Of a stretch of DNA of 64,000 nt, positions 38,542 to 48,577 are shown in pieces. This DNA is from Candidatus Zixiibacteriota bacterium (GTDB lineage Bacteria > Zixibacteria > MSB-5A5 > CAIYYT01), in contig JADYYF010000109.1 in NCBI GenBank assembly GCA_020853795.1, positions 70,181-134,180 of the forward strand, in the 5' to 3' direction. Made by a program: the position numbers and the translations under genes. Positions within the stretch are counted from its first letter, which is position 1. Each line of letters starts with the position of its first letter. The notes beneath the pieces were generated by a model that ran no database searches, had not been told where the DNA came from, and was given only the letters and a program-made list of their open reading frames with translations.

Positions 38542-39627
38542 TTACAGCGCGACGACCGTGACGGTCTGTTGGGTGACGCGCTCAAAGCGCTGTTTGAAGC
38601 GGGCGGCGGCATCAGCCGAATTAAAGCGACCGACATCCACTACGAAATGCGGGCGATCGCCGGATTCCAGTTCCGTCATCCGCGCGGTATAGCCCTGCGC
38701 AAGCAGCCGCTGGTGGACGCGGCGCGCATCAGCCTCGCGGTCAAATTCACCAACGCGCACGGCAAATAGCTGTGCCAGCGATCGTGGTGTGCGATTGGCC
38801 GGCATCGTGAACGCAACCGTCACTGCAGCTGGGTCATCTGTCGGTGCGGCGCCGGTAAGAGCGGCAAATTGCGGCGCCTCACCGATCAAGCGCTCACGCA
38901 TCGATTTTGCCGATGGGGCTTCGTCCGTGACTTCGAGCAGCTCCGCCAATCGCGCCACCGCCGGCGCAAAATAGGGATTCTCCGGGCGTGTCGCAAAGCG
39001 CGCCAGCAACTCCTTGGCGGCACCGAGTTTCTTGCGTGCGGCGAATGATTCGGCAAGCAACCAGAGCGCCTGCGAATTCACATCGGGATCGGAAGACTCT
39101 TTCAGCAAACGTCGCAATTGACCCTCCGCCGCGCGATCTTCCCCGCGGGCGAGGTCGAGACGAGCAGTCAGAAGCTGCAACGGCTCACAGCGCTGCACGT
39201 GAACGCACGAACGCAAAGCACGGTGGGCCGCCACAGCACCGGCATTGCAATTGCCGGCCAGCAGACAATACTGCGCATAGAACTCCGCCATGCGGCACCG
39301 CAACTCAGCGGGCGGATCATTATCGAGCAGCGCGCGCACGCGCGCGGCCGCTTGATCGCCGTCCGGATTCAACAGCGCGTGGCGAAACTCCCAGCCGTAG
39401 TGATCCGGCGTAAACGCTGCCTCCCGCAACGCCAGGCGGGCGGCAGTGAGTTCGCCGGCCTGCAGGCACTCGTCGACGCGCGCCAACTGGTCGGAAGCCA
39501 TAGCGCCGACCGCGGCGGACACAGTCAACCAGAGCCCGGCCGCCAAAGTGCGCAGCGCGCGATCAGGTGCGCTGACGGGCCGCCTCTTGGCTGAAGTAGA
39601 GGTTCTCCAGTATTTCGAATGCTTCAT
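38542..39627 (-). CDS. Secreted TPR-like protein with C-terminal SPOR (peptidoglycan-binding) domain
   Basis: C-terminal ...VTVAFTMPANRTPRSLAQLFAVRVGEFDREADARRVHQRLLAQGYTARMT...FVVDVGRFNSADAAARFKQRF is a SPOR fold. The ORF extends to 39813 but overlaps lapB-like. Start is chosen at MKHSKYW (39627), which has an AAGGA RBS and a signal peptide; the alternative is MASDQ at 39501. Confidence 0.55.
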   Translation of the reverse strand: MKHSKYWRTSTSAKRRPVSAPDRALRTLAAGLWLTVSAAVGAMASDQLARVDECLQAGELTAARLALREAAFTPDHYGWEFRHALLNPDGDQAAARVRALLDNDPPAELRCRMAEFYAQYCLLAGNCNAGAVAAHRALRSCVHVQRCEPLQLLTARLDLARGEDRAAEGQLRRLLKESSDPDVNSQALWLLAESFAARKKLGAAKELLARFATRPENPYFAPAVARLAELLEVTDEAPSAKSMRERLIGEAPQFAALTGAAPTDDPAAVTVAFTMPANRTPRSLAQLFAVRVGEFDREADARRVHQRLLAQGYTARMTELESGDRPHFVVDVGRFNSADAAARFKQRFERVTQQTVTVVAL

Positions 39628-40633
39628 TGATCCGTCCTTGCCCGCGATAGATGCGCGCGACACCGATATGAGCCGGCGCGTACGCGGGATGGGCGTTAAT
39701 GATCTGCCGGAAGTAGTCCAGCGCCTGGGCGCGATCGCCCTTCTTCTCGTAAAGCTCGGCCAGCGCCATGGCGGCGCTGATATTGTTGGGATCGCGCTCG
39801 AGGATGCCCTCAAAGACGCTCGAGATCATGTTGAATTGCCCGAGATCGAAAAACGAGCGGCGCAGTCGATCAAAGACGACATGCGCCTGATCTGGATTCT
39901 TCTCCACGAACGTCATCCACGCCTTGACGGCGTCTTCGACCCGCTCCTCGGTAATGTACGAATCACCGACTTTGACCCAGACGTCATGGCGGGTGGGGTC
40001 GAGATGATAAGCGGTCTTGTACAGCGTGCGCGCTTTGCGGCCCTTGCCGCGCTGCGCCAGCAAATCAGCCAGACGACTCTTGACATCGGCGAGACGGTTA
40101 CGAAAGAGCGTCGGCTCCCGCTTGAACAGCTTCTCAGCGACCGCCTCCGAGTCCTCCCACTTCTCCGTCTTGCCAAGCAGATCGAGCAGTTGGACACCCG
40201 ACTTGAGATTGGCCGGGTCGCGATCGTATTCCTTCTTCAGCAGCGCAACGGCCTTCTCCAACTGGCCGTCGGCGACAAAGTCGTCTATCAAATGATGCTG
40301 CACCGCCTGGCGCTGCGCCGGCGTAATATCGCCGCGCATCAGCAGGTCGGAATGAACCTGAATCGCCTGCTTGGCCTTGCCACGGTCAGCGAGAATCCGC
40401 CCCAGACGCAAATAGGCGTCGATATTGTGCGTGTCTTGCGCGACCACATCCTTGAGCTTGTGGAACGCCGCCACCTGGTCGCCTTCCAAAAGCGACTGCA
40501 GCGCGGATACGTACAGGCTGGCGTCCTTGGCGCGCTCGCGGCGGCGCCGGCGCACCTGCAACGAAAACAGCGCAATCAGCAACAGGACGAGGGCAACGCC
40601 GATGATGTAGTAGTACATGTTAAAATCGAACAT
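39563..40633 (-). CDS. LapB/YciM-like TPR membrane protein (no C-terminal rubredoxin-like CxxC domain)
   Basis: N-terminal TM YYIIGVALVLLLIALFSL, then 8-9 TPR repeats. Immediately downstream of a LapA-like gene. The C-terminus ...ENLYFSQEAARQRT lacks cysteines. Confidence 0.55.
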   Translation of the reverse strand: MFDFNMYYYIIGVALVLLLIALFSLQVRRRRRERAKDASLYVSALQSLLEGDQVAAFHKLKDVVAQDTHNIDAYLRLGRILADRGKAKQAIQVHSDLLMRGDITPAQRQAVQHHLIDDFVADGQLEKAVALLKKEYDRDPANLKSGVQLLDLLGKTEKWEDSEAVAEKLFKREPTLFRNRLADVKSRLADLLAQRGKGRKARTLYKTAYHLDPTRHDVWVKVGDSYITEERVEDAVKAWMTFVEKNPDQAHVVFDRLRRSFFDLGQFNMISSVFEGILERDPNNISAAMALAELYEKKGDRAQALDYFRQIINAHPAYAPAHIGVARIYRGQGRINEAFEILENLYFSQEAARQRT

Positions 40634-40635
40634 GG

Positions 40636-40950
40636 CTAAATCGAGTCGATCTGATCAATTTGTCGGTTTCGCAACGACGTGATTTCCGCTTCCAGCCGCT
40701 TGACCAAGCGTCGATTGGCGGCCGATTCCGAGGAAATCCGGAAGAAATACGTAACCGCGAGCAAAAAGCTGGCGATCATTCCCGCGCCGAACGCCACCAG
40801 CAACACCCCCCAGAGCGGCGCGTCCAGATGGCGGTAATGAATGAACATCAGGTCGAAGGCGATATCGACGCGCTGATTCGCGTTGGCAATGAAGAAGGCG
40901 ATCGCGAAAATCAGAAACACGATCATGAGGAACATTCTAACGGCCCACAT
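40636..40950 (-). CDS. LapA/YciS-like (DUF1049) small inner-membrane protein
   Basis: 104 aa with two TM helices followed by a coiled-coil tail (RRLVKRLEAEITSLRNRQ). Position directly upstream of the LapB-like gene. Confidence 0.55.
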   Translation of the reverse strand: MWAVRMFLMIVFLIFAIAFFIANANQRVDIAFDLMFIHYRHLDAPLWGVLLVAFGAGMIASFLLAVTYFFRISSESAANRRLVKRLEAEITSLRNRQIDQIDSI

Positions 40951-41000
40951 AGTCCTCCTCCATAGCCTGACTCAAGCGCGACACTGCGCCGCAGCGAACG

Positions 41001-41723
41001 TTACTCGCCACTCTCCAGCGGCGCCGCGGTCGAATCACCGGCGGCTTGATCAAAGGTCACCGAATTGATAAACGCCTCAAACTCGGGCTGCAACTCGTTT
41101 TCAAACTGCCGCTCGCAGACCAACTCCATGTACACCAGGGCGCCCTCCAGCGGAATCAGATAAACCCAGCCGGAACGAAATTCGCGCACCAGTTCCGGCA
41201 CCGACCGGCCTTCCGGCTGCACCTGCACCGCATACTCGCGGCGCATCTGGTATTGCACGGCGTCACGGCCGCCAATCTTGACGTTCTGCACCCGCAACTG
41301 CTCTGCCGGATTCGGCGCTCCCCGCTGGAAGAAAACCGACTTATTCAGAATCTTGTCGCGAAACGAGTCCTTGGTAAGGCCGCTGCGCAGCGAATCGACG
41401 AAGGCCGTGGTCGGCAGCGTATTGGAATCGGCAAAAACCATGACGATGGGGCGCAGCGCCTCTTCCGGATTGTCGCGCAAGCGCGCCGGGACCCGCGTCC
41501 GCTTGTACAGGAAGCTGATGCGCTCCGGCGAATATTCGTCGCGCAAACCGCCGTCGCGCCATTCCTTGGGCATCGTGATCGAAAAACCAAAGCGATTGTC
41601 CGTGAAGACGCCTTTGTTCAAGACGCCAACCTTTTCCTTCTTGGCCTGCGCCGTGAGCCCCATCCCCAATACGAGGATCGCCGTCAGCGCGAGCCCGGCA
41701 ATTCTTGCCATTCGTATCTTCAC
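41001..41723 (-). CDS. Hypothetical secreted protein
   Basis: Signal peptide MKIRMARIAGLALTAILVLGMGLTAQA. No recognised domain. Confidence 0.5.
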   Translation of the reverse strand: MKIRMARIAGLALTAILVLGMGLTAQAKKEKVGVLNKGVFTDNRFGFSITMPKEWRDGGLRDEYSPERISFLYKRTRVPARLRDNPEEALRPIVMVFADSNTLPTTAFVDSLRSGLTKDSFRDKILNKSVFFQRGAPNPAEQLRVQNVKIGGRDAVQYQMRREYAVQVQPEGRSVPELVREFRSGWVYLIPLEGALVYMELVCERQFENELQPEFEAFINSVTFDQAAGDSTAAPLESGE

Positions 41724-41810
41724 AGCAAACTCCCACCGGTTATAAGACTCATCAATTTATACCCTTAACGCTGATCAGGTCAAGCATTTAAATGTTCACG
41801 CGGTCGCAAG

Positions 41811-43937
41811 CTACTTGAGCAAGACAACCTTGCGCGTGACCACTTGCCCTGCCCCAGCGACGCGCACAAAATAGATGCCGGAAGCAACCGCATGGCCGCT
41901 TTGATCAACACCGTCCCAGGTCACGGTACTGCCGGTGGCGAGCGCCAACGTCTGGCGGCAAATCGTCTGACCGAGCGAATTGACCACCATGAGGTCAACC
42001 GCAACGGGCGCGATCGCAGTAATCTGCGCGGTCGTAGTGGAGTTGAAGGGATTTGGGTAGAACGGCGTGAGATCGATGCGCGCGCGCTGACTCCCGGGAG
42101 CAGGCGCATGGCGTTCGCTACCGTCATAGACCGATAGGCGCGACGATGAGAGCACCAGCAGTCGATCTCCCCCGGCCGCCAGCCGATAAGCTCCGTGGCT
42201 GTTCTCGATCGTGTACACGGGTCCCGGCGCATACGGATCGGCAAAATCCAGATAGCGCACGCCACCGACGGCATCGGCGATCAGCAGAATCTGCGCAACG
42301 GAATCGTAGCGAAGATCAAATGCCGAGGTCATGACCAAGGGCAGCTGTATCGGAGTTACCGCGCCGGTCGCAGCATCGAATTCCAGAACGCTGACTCCTG
42401 ATGGGGCTGCGACCACGATGATTCGATCTCCGGCGATCGCAAACGCCCGCGGCCGCTCGGGCAGATCAACGGTGGCCGGCGTTGCCGCAGGATCATCCAG
42501 GGATATGATGGCGCCTTCCCCGCGTTCCGACGCAAGCAACAGCAACGACTCGCCCATCTGACTGCCCGAAACCGCAAAGTCGACGGAGTGACTGCTTAAG
42601 AATTCCACCGCCAGCGATTGGCGATCGAAAGCGTAACTCATCGAACCGCGCGCATGAACGACGACGAGTTCCAGCTTGTCGACGCCCGCTTCACGCAGAT
42701 AGACTGCTGAGACTGGCTCCGCGGTGTAGACAACTGCCGAAGGTCGCAGGTCGTTGCCGCGGTCAAATTCGAAAAGATAGACTTGTTCGGAACCGGCTTG
42801 AGCTGCGACGATCACATCACCCGCCGCCGTCAGCCGATTGAAGAATCCACCAACTCCAACCGTCTTCGCCTCCCTCTCACTATTGCCAAGCAATCGCAAG
42901 CGACCACCGGAGTCGGCATACAGCAATCCGCGATCGGTTGCGGCAAACGCCAATGGCGTTTCCGGCGGGACAAATCGGGAGGCTTCGCCGACCGACTCGC
43001 CGCCAACCGTGATCACAGCGATCTGTCCCGACTCATCGCGAATGTAGAATCTGGTCTTGCCGTCAACGCTCAGCCCTTCGCACTGTGCCACCGGATAACC
43101 AACCGCAATTGTCGCTGCCTCTGTTGGATTATCGAAATCGACGATGCGGCACAGACCGTCGGGACCGCCGGCAATCAAGAATCTGGAAACGGCGGCAAGC
43201 TGAGTGACGGCGAAATCGCAAACAACTGAATCGACTCCGTTGACGCGGCCATCTTGCAGATGGAACAAGTCGACACTCTGACCGCCGTCGCAAATCGCAA
43301 AGCCATCCGCGATCGGCGCCACGGCCGTCGGCGGCGTCTCGCGCAGAATACGTTCTACCGGCGACATCTCTGAAGATCTGAGGTCGTAAACATCGATTCC
43401 GTTGAGGCGATCAAGGGCAAGCAGAAAGCGGCCGTGAAGCGCCAACCCGATGTAGTAGGCGCCACCCGTGAATCGCGCCATCTCGCGCAGGCGACCCGGC
43501 ATCGAGGCATCGTACAGGGCGATTCCCGCCACGCCCAATGCCGCAAAGAGCGTGTCATGGCGCGCCGTGGCGGCATGAATCGTGTCGGCCAGAAGGTACT
43601 CGACCGGCGCCGTCAGGGCCGACTCTCGCCAATTGAGCACGGCAAGACGACGCTGACGCGAGTAAACGTAGGCTCGGTCGCCGGCGGCGGTGATGCCGGC
43701 AAATTCGCTGGCCAGCGTGATGGCCGCATCTGGTACGAGGCGGGGTTGCGCGTTCAGCGGCAGCCGCAGCACCTGACGATCGCCGAGAGCCAGCACAAAG
43801 TCGGGCGCTACGGCAAACGACCGCGCCCCGCCGAGCGGAATTGTCGTCACCGGCTCGAACATCTCCGGACCGACGTCCGCCCAAACCGGCATTGACAACC
43901 ATTGGAGCAGGACCAGGACCAATCGCAGCCACTTCAT
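41811..43937 (-). CDS. T9SS-sorted beta-propeller-like protein (LVIVD-type repeats)
   Basis: Signal peptide. Recurring strand motifs such as IALYDASMP, IDVYDLRSSEMSP, RIVDFDNPTEA, YLFEFDRGNDLRP, VRYLDFADPYAP and LSVYDGSERHAP. T9SS CTD ...FYPNPFNSTTTAQI...GIYFVRVAGAGQVVTRKVVLLK. Confidence 0.65.
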   Translation of the reverse strand: MKWLRLVLVLLQWLSMPVWADVGPEMFEPVTTIPLGGARSFAVAPDFVLALGDRQVLRLPLNAQPRLVPDAAITLASEFAGITAAGDRAYVYSRQRRLAVLNWRESALTAPVEYLLADTIHAATARHDTLFAALGVAGIALYDASMPGRLREMARFTGGAYYIGLALHGRFLLALDRLNGIDVYDLRSSEMSPVERILRETPPTAVAPIADGFAICDGGQSVDLFHLQDGRVNGVDSVVCDFAVTQLAAVSRFLIAGGPDGLCRIVDFDNPTEAATIAVGYPVAQCEGLSVDGKTRFYIRDESGQIAVITVGGESVGEASRFVPPETPLAFAATDRGLLYADSGGRLRLLGNSEREAKTVGVGGFFNRLTAAGDVIVAAQAGSEQVYLFEFDRGNDLRPSAVVYTAEPVSAVYLREAGVDKLELVVVHARGSMSYAFDRQSLAVEFLSSHSVDFAVSGSQMGESLLLLASERGEGAIISLDDPAATPATVDLPERPRAFAIAGDRIIVVAAPSGVSVLEFDAATGAVTPIQLPLVMTSAFDLRYDSVAQILLIADAVGGVRYLDFADPYAPGPVYTIENSHGAYRLAAGGDRLLVLSSSRLSVYDGSERHAPAPGSQRARIDLTPFYPNPFNSTTTAQITAIAPVAVDLMVVNSLGQTICRQTLALATGSTVTWDGVDQSGHAVASGIYFVRVAGAGQVVTRKVVLLK

Positions 43938-46900
43938 TTCAACAACACCATTCTGCGCGTCTCGTTGACGTTGTTCATGCGCAAGCGGTAGAAGTAGACA
44001 CCCGATGCCACCTCTCGGCCGTGGAAATCGCGGCCGTTCCAGTCGAAACGGTGAAACCCCGCCGGCAGGAACCTGTCAACGAGTGTGGCAACGGTCTGGC
44101 CCAGGAGATTGATGATCTCAATCTTGACCGGTGCGGCGGTGACAACGTCGACTTCAATGACCGTCGTCTGATTGAACGGATTCGGATAGTTTTGCGCCAG
44201 ACGAAACGTGGTCGGCAACGGTGGCGGTTGCGGCGTGCGCGGACGCGCCAGGCTCGGCAACATCCCGGTGTTGCGAGTATCACCGAGGAATGTCCCCCAT
44301 GCTACCGCCGAATCAGACGCGACCGTCGGCAAGTCCCAACTGTAGATGCGCCCATCGGAAGATCCAATGTAGATTTCCAGCAATGAGTCGCCGTCGAAAT
44401 CGCCCACCACCGGCGTATGCGGCGCATATGTGACGACCCCGGGATTGGCGAAGGTGTAAACCGGCCAGCCGGGCGTCGTCGTGCCGTCGGTCTCCCAGCA
44501 CAGCAGTCGTTCCGGCTTGCCGATGAGCAAGGCGCCGCCGCGCGAGACGATCTCGAACTGGCCGTCATTGTCGACGTCGAGCACGAGCGGGTTGGACAGC
44601 GAGTTGATCGTGCCGGCCAGGAAGCCATCGTTACGGCCAAATTCATTGGCCAGCAGCGGCCGGCCGTCGCCGTGCCACACGAACACCTCGCCGCCGTCGA
44701 GCGCGCTGAATGCGCAGATCAATTCTGGAATCGAGTCGTTGTCCAGGTCGGCCGCCGCCGGATATGAGGTCAGCCACTGGATCTTCTCCGGAAACAACTT
44801 GGGCCAGCCGGGCAGGTCGGAACCGTCGGCTTCGATAATTCGCACCGCCATCGCCAGGTTGCTCGAATACCAGTGCGCGAAAGCAATCTCGGGAACGGCA
44901 TCGTTGTCAAAGTCTGCAAGTACGCCGCCGAAGATACCGTCCGAGGAAAAGATGCGCGCACCAAGGTCGGCATTGTACGGCGCGCCGTTCTTGCCGGAAT
45001 ACAGGTAGACACCACCATCGGCGCCGGCGGCGGTATAGAGCGTGCCAACATCGCGGTAGCCGTCACCGTCAAAGTCGTAAGCAAACAAGAATGCCGCGGT
45101 TGAACCGCCGTAATCCTTAAAGCGGCCCGATTCGCTCAGCCGTGCAAAGAGCCCGCGCGTGGTACGGAAATAGCTCGAGCCGTCGGCGTGCCAGCAATAG
45201 ATCTCCCCGGCGCTGTTGACGAAGAGAACTTCCATCTCGCCGTCGCCGTCAAGATCGGAAACAAGTGGGGTAGGATAGGAGTTGAACTGCAAACCGGTAT
45301 TGACCGCCTTCGGCCAGCCCGGCAAAGACTCGCCCTCTCCATTGACGACAATGACGCCGCGATCAGAAATCGATACGATCTCGTCGCGACCATCATTATC
45401 CAGATCACAAAGTGCCGGTGACGATTCGTAGGTGTTGCCGAAATGCGGATCAATCGTGCGCAGACCGGGCTGGTCGTAGTCGTTGATCAGCAATCCGGCG
45501 CGCGAACCGGTGACGATTTCGCGCCCCGGATCTGCGTCAAGATTGCCGGCGGCAGAGGTCAGATGCGGCCGCGCCGGCAGCGCCAGCGGGTAGCCGGCCG
45601 CCACGGTCGATTTGATCACGATGCGATTGGAAACGGCGTGCTCACCTGCATCATCAGTCAAGGTCAAGGTCAGGAATCCGCGTCCCGGCGGAAGTTGACC
45701 CACTGTCCATTCGGCCAATTCGCGGCGATAACTGATTTCCGTCGAAAACTTGATCAACGTTTCCTGCTTCGGATTCGATTCCGGCGCATACGTGAGCCGA
45801 TAGGAATCGAAAGTCGGCGACGAAGCCGAACCGACGATATTCGCAACCGAATAGACAGTATCGCCGTCGTGCGGCGTCAGCAATTCAACCACGACCGAGT
45901 TCGCAATCCGAATTGTCGTTGTGAACGCGATGCTGGTACCCACGCGCAGGCGCAGATCCGCATCGCCGTCATACGGGCTGCTGTCCCAGCGTGCCAGCAG
46001 ATTGCGCACGATGTCGCCAGGTCCCGTTGCAATCGTAGTCCAGTCACCGGTCGCAGCCGGCCGTACTTCGAGCACGAAACTACTACCCAGCTGCGATACC
46101 GCCGAACCGCGCAGATTGACAACTCCTGTCACCAATGCATTTGGGTGTGGTGACTCGATCTCGGCATATTCGTCCTGCAGCAATCCCACCGCACGGCCCA
46201 GGTTGATGCGCCCCCACCCGGCGTACGGACTGAAATTCCCCTGCAAGCGACCGTCCGGATCGGCAATCTTGTCGGCACTGCCCATCAGCAGTTGCTCGAC
46301 CGAATCGCGCGGCAAACCGGGCGCGACCGATAGAATGAAAGCCGCCGAAGCGGCGACGTGCGGGGCCGCCATGCTCGTGCCGTCGGCGAGATAATAGAAC
46401 TCATCGATGATGCGGATTTCCGGCTCTCCCTGCGCCGCATACAGATCGGTGCGCGCCGCCCGCAGCGAAAGAATATTCTCGCCCGGCGCGGCAACATCAA
46501 GCCAGTCGCCATAGGTCGAAAATGTTGTCACGCGATCAGCCGAACCGGTGGCACCGACCGTCAGGACGTGGTCGAGACGGGCGGGAAAAAACGGTGTCGA
46601 GGTCCCCGAATTGCCCGCCGCCGCCACAAAAACTACGCCGCGATCGGCGGCGTACTGCACCGCCTCCGCCAGAATTGTCGAATAGTACGGCGATCCCCAC
46701 GAGGCATTGATCACCTTGGCGCCCTGATTCACGGCATAGATGATCGCCTGTGCGCTGGCGGACGCGAGCGCATTCGGGAAGATCTTGAGACACATCACTT
46801 CGACGTTGCGCGCCACACCCTCGATACCAATGCCGTTTCCGGCAACGGCGCCGACGATCCCTGCCACATGCGTGCCGTGGCCGATGGTGTCGACCGGGTC

Positions 46901-47665
46901 GGGATCGGGTGAGACGGAAATTCCCTCCATCACATCACCGGAGAAATCATAGCCGACGGTGTCGTCGATATAACCGTTGAAATCGTCGTCGAAGCCTGGA
47001 ATGCCGTTCGTCTCAGCCGGATTGTGCCAGATATGCCCCTGTAAGTCGGGATGATGGTAGTCCACGCCGGTGTCGATGATCGCGACACGCACGCGGCTGC
47101 GATCGGCCGGTGCGGAACTGACTTGCCCCCAGCCGATGTCCGCGCCGGGTGTGCCGGTGAATAACCGCAGCGAATCATTCTCGAATCCGGGCACCCGCAC
47201 GATTCCGAGATATGGCTGGCCGGTATTGACCAATCCCCATTGGTTCGGGAGAAGCGGATCGGCGAAAAGCTGCATGTAGTAGTCGCGTTCAACATACTCG
47301 ACCGCAGGGTCGGCGGCGAGAATCGATTCGGCAATCGCCCGCGTCGAATCCGAGTTGAACTCGACAATATTTACCCGTGCCAGACCTTCGGCATCAGGGT
47401 GCACCAGTTGCGCGGACGGCACGAGCGGCTCAACAGCGCGCGCACCGGCGACGGCCGCGACCTTGTTCAATTGAGATGAAGCAGCCCCGGGACGAAACTT
47501 GACGATCAGTCGGCTGGGATGATAGTCGGAAGCGTTGAGACCACCGTGCGCGACGAGCGCCAGCAATGCAGCGGTCAGGACGATCCGACCCACCCGCATC
47601 AGCAGTCGCGTCTCGGTGGCAGGAGTTTGTGATTGGTTCGGGCGCACGGTGACAATATCGCTCAT
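43934..47665 (-). CDS. Subtilisin-like (S8) serine protease with FG-GAP/VCBS-type repeats and T9SS C-terminal sorting domain
   Basis: Probable start at MRVGRIVLTAALLALVAHG. I9-like propeptide. Catalytic triad contexts AIIDTGVDYHHPDL, GHGTHVAGIVGA, DGTSMAAPHVAASAAFI. Seven or more Ca-binding repeats (DLDNDGRDEIV, DLDGDGEMEVLF, DFDGDGYRDV, DVDNDGQFEIV, DFDGDSLLEIYIG). CTD ...AQNYPNPFNQTTVIEV...GVYFYRLRMNNVNETRRMVLLK. Confidence 0.85.
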   Translation of the reverse strand: MSDIVTVRPNQSQTPATETRLLMRVGRIVLTAALLALVAHGGLNASDYHPSRLIVKFRPGAASSQLNKVAAVAGARAVEPLVPSAQLVHPDAEGLARVNIVEFNSDSTRAIAESILAADPAVEYVERDYYMQLFADPLLPNQWGLVNTGQPYLGIVRVPGFENDSLRLFTGTPGADIGWGQVSSAPADRSRVRVAIIDTGVDYHHPDLQGHIWHNPAETNGIPGFDDDFNGYIDDTVGYDFSGDVMEGISVSPDPDPVDTIGHGTHVAGIVGAVAGNGIGIEGVARNVEVMCLKIFPNALASASAQAIIYAVNQGAKVINASWGSPYYSTILAEAVQYAADRGVVFVAAAGNSGTSTPFFPARLDHVLTVGATGSADRVTTFSTYGDWLDVAAPGENILSLRAARTDLYAAQGEPEIRIIDEFYYLADGTSMAAPHVAASAAFILSVAPGLPRDSVEQLLMGSADKIADPDGRLQGNFSPYAGWGRINLGRAVGLLQDEYAEIESPHPNALVTGVVNLRGSAVSQLGSSFVLEVRPAATGDWTTIATGPGDIVRNLLARWDSSPYDGDADLRLRVGTSIAFTTTIRIANSVVVELLTPHDGDTVYSVANIVGSASSPTFDSYRLTYAPESNPKQETLIKFSTEISYRRELAEWTVGQLPPGRGFLTLTLTDDAGEHAVSNRIVIKSTVAAGYPLALPARPHLTSAAGNLDADPGREIVTGSRAGLLINDYDQPGLRTIDPHFGNTYESSPALCDLDNDGRDEIVSISDRGVIVVNGEGESLPGWPKAVNTGLQFNSYPTPLVSDLDGDGEMEVLFVNSAGEIYCWHADGSSYFRTTRGLFARLSESGRFKDYGGSTAAFLFAYDFDGDGYRDVGTLYTAAGADGGVYLYSGKNGAPYNADLGARIFSSDGIFGGVLADFDNDAVPEIAFAHWYSSNLAMAVRIIEADGSDLPGWPKLFPEKIQWLTSYPAAADLDNDSIPELICAFSALDGGEVFVWHGDGRPLLANEFGRNDGFLAGTINSLSNPLVLDVDNDGQFEIVSRGGALLIGKPERLLCWETDGTTTPGWPVYTFANPGVVTYAPHTPVVGDFDGDSLLEIYIGSSDGRIYSWDLPTVASDSAVAWGTFLGDTRNTGMLPSLARPRTPQPPPLPTTFRLAQNYPNPFNQTTVIEVDVVTAAPVKIEIINLLGQTVATLVDRFLPAGFHRFDWNGRDFHGREVASGVYFYRLRMNNVNETRRMVLLK

Positions 47666-47710
47666 TCGTCTGATAGACGCAAGACGGAGCCGGTGCGCGT
47701 AATGAAATCG

Positions 47711-48577
47711 CTATTGCTCGGTACGCGGCAGAACCGCCCAATGCAGCTTCGTGCGCAGAATCTGATAAAATGAATTGTGGGCGAACGTCACCAGATGAGT
47801 GGCATGCGGAGCGCGGCGGATCGTCACCTCCGCGCCATTGCGGAGATTGACGGAAATCTGGCCGTCGATCGTCAACAGGCTATTGTGCGCCGGCGATAAG
47901 ACGCGAATGCGAACGACGTCGTTGCCGTCAAACAGCAGCGGCCGCGCCGCCAGCGACTGCGGCGCAATCGGCGAAGAAACGATCGCCCGCATCAGCGGAT
48001 TAAGGATTGGACCGCCGACGGCGGAGTTGTACGCCGTCGAGCCGGTGGGCGTGCTGATGATCAGGCCATCGGCGCGATAAGTCGAGATGAACTCGTCGTT
48101 GACGTACAAATCAAGCTGGATCAGGCGCGCCAGACTGCCGCGATCGACAACTACGTCATTGAGCGCGAAGTACCGCGTATCGGCCAGGTCGTCATTGACT
48201 CCCGCCTCCAGCAGCATCCGCTCTTCGATCTTGTGATTGCCGACAGCGACATCCTGCAAGCGGGACTCGACCTCGTCCGCGGAGATTTGCGTCAGAAAGC
48301 CGAGCGAGCCAAGATTCACGCCGAGAATCGGCGTCTGCAAATCGGCGATCTCGCGCGCGGAGGCCAATAACGTGCCGTCGCCGCCCATCGAGATCAGCAT
48401 CTCGCACCAGGGCGCCAGCTGCCCGCGTGGCATCACCTTCGCCGGATCGGGCGCCAAATCGCGCAAGGCTTCGGAAACGCGGTAGTCGTGATGATTCTGG
48501 TCAATCCAGGTAATGACGCGCTTGACGACGGTGTCGGCGCCAACTCGTTTGCGGTTGGCGATGATTCCAAAGCGCAT
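47711..48577 (-). CDS. nadK: NAD kinase
   Basis: GGDGT motif (SMGGDGTLL) and the NAD kinase fold. 288 aa. Confidence 0.9.
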   Translation of the reverse strand: MRFGIIANRKRVGADTVVKRVITWIDQNHHDYRVSEALRDLAPDPAKVMPRGQLAPWCEMLISMGGDGTLLASAREIADLQTPILGVNLGSLGFLTQISADEVESRLQDVAVGNHKIEERMLLEAGVNDDLADTRYFALNDVVVDRGSLARLIQLDLYVNDEFISTYRADGLIISTPTGSTAYNSAVGGPILNPLMRAIVSSPIAPQSLAARPLLFDGNDVVRIRVLSPAHNSLLTIDGQISVNLRNGAEVTIRRAPHATHLVTFAHNSFYQILRTKLHWAVLPRTEQ

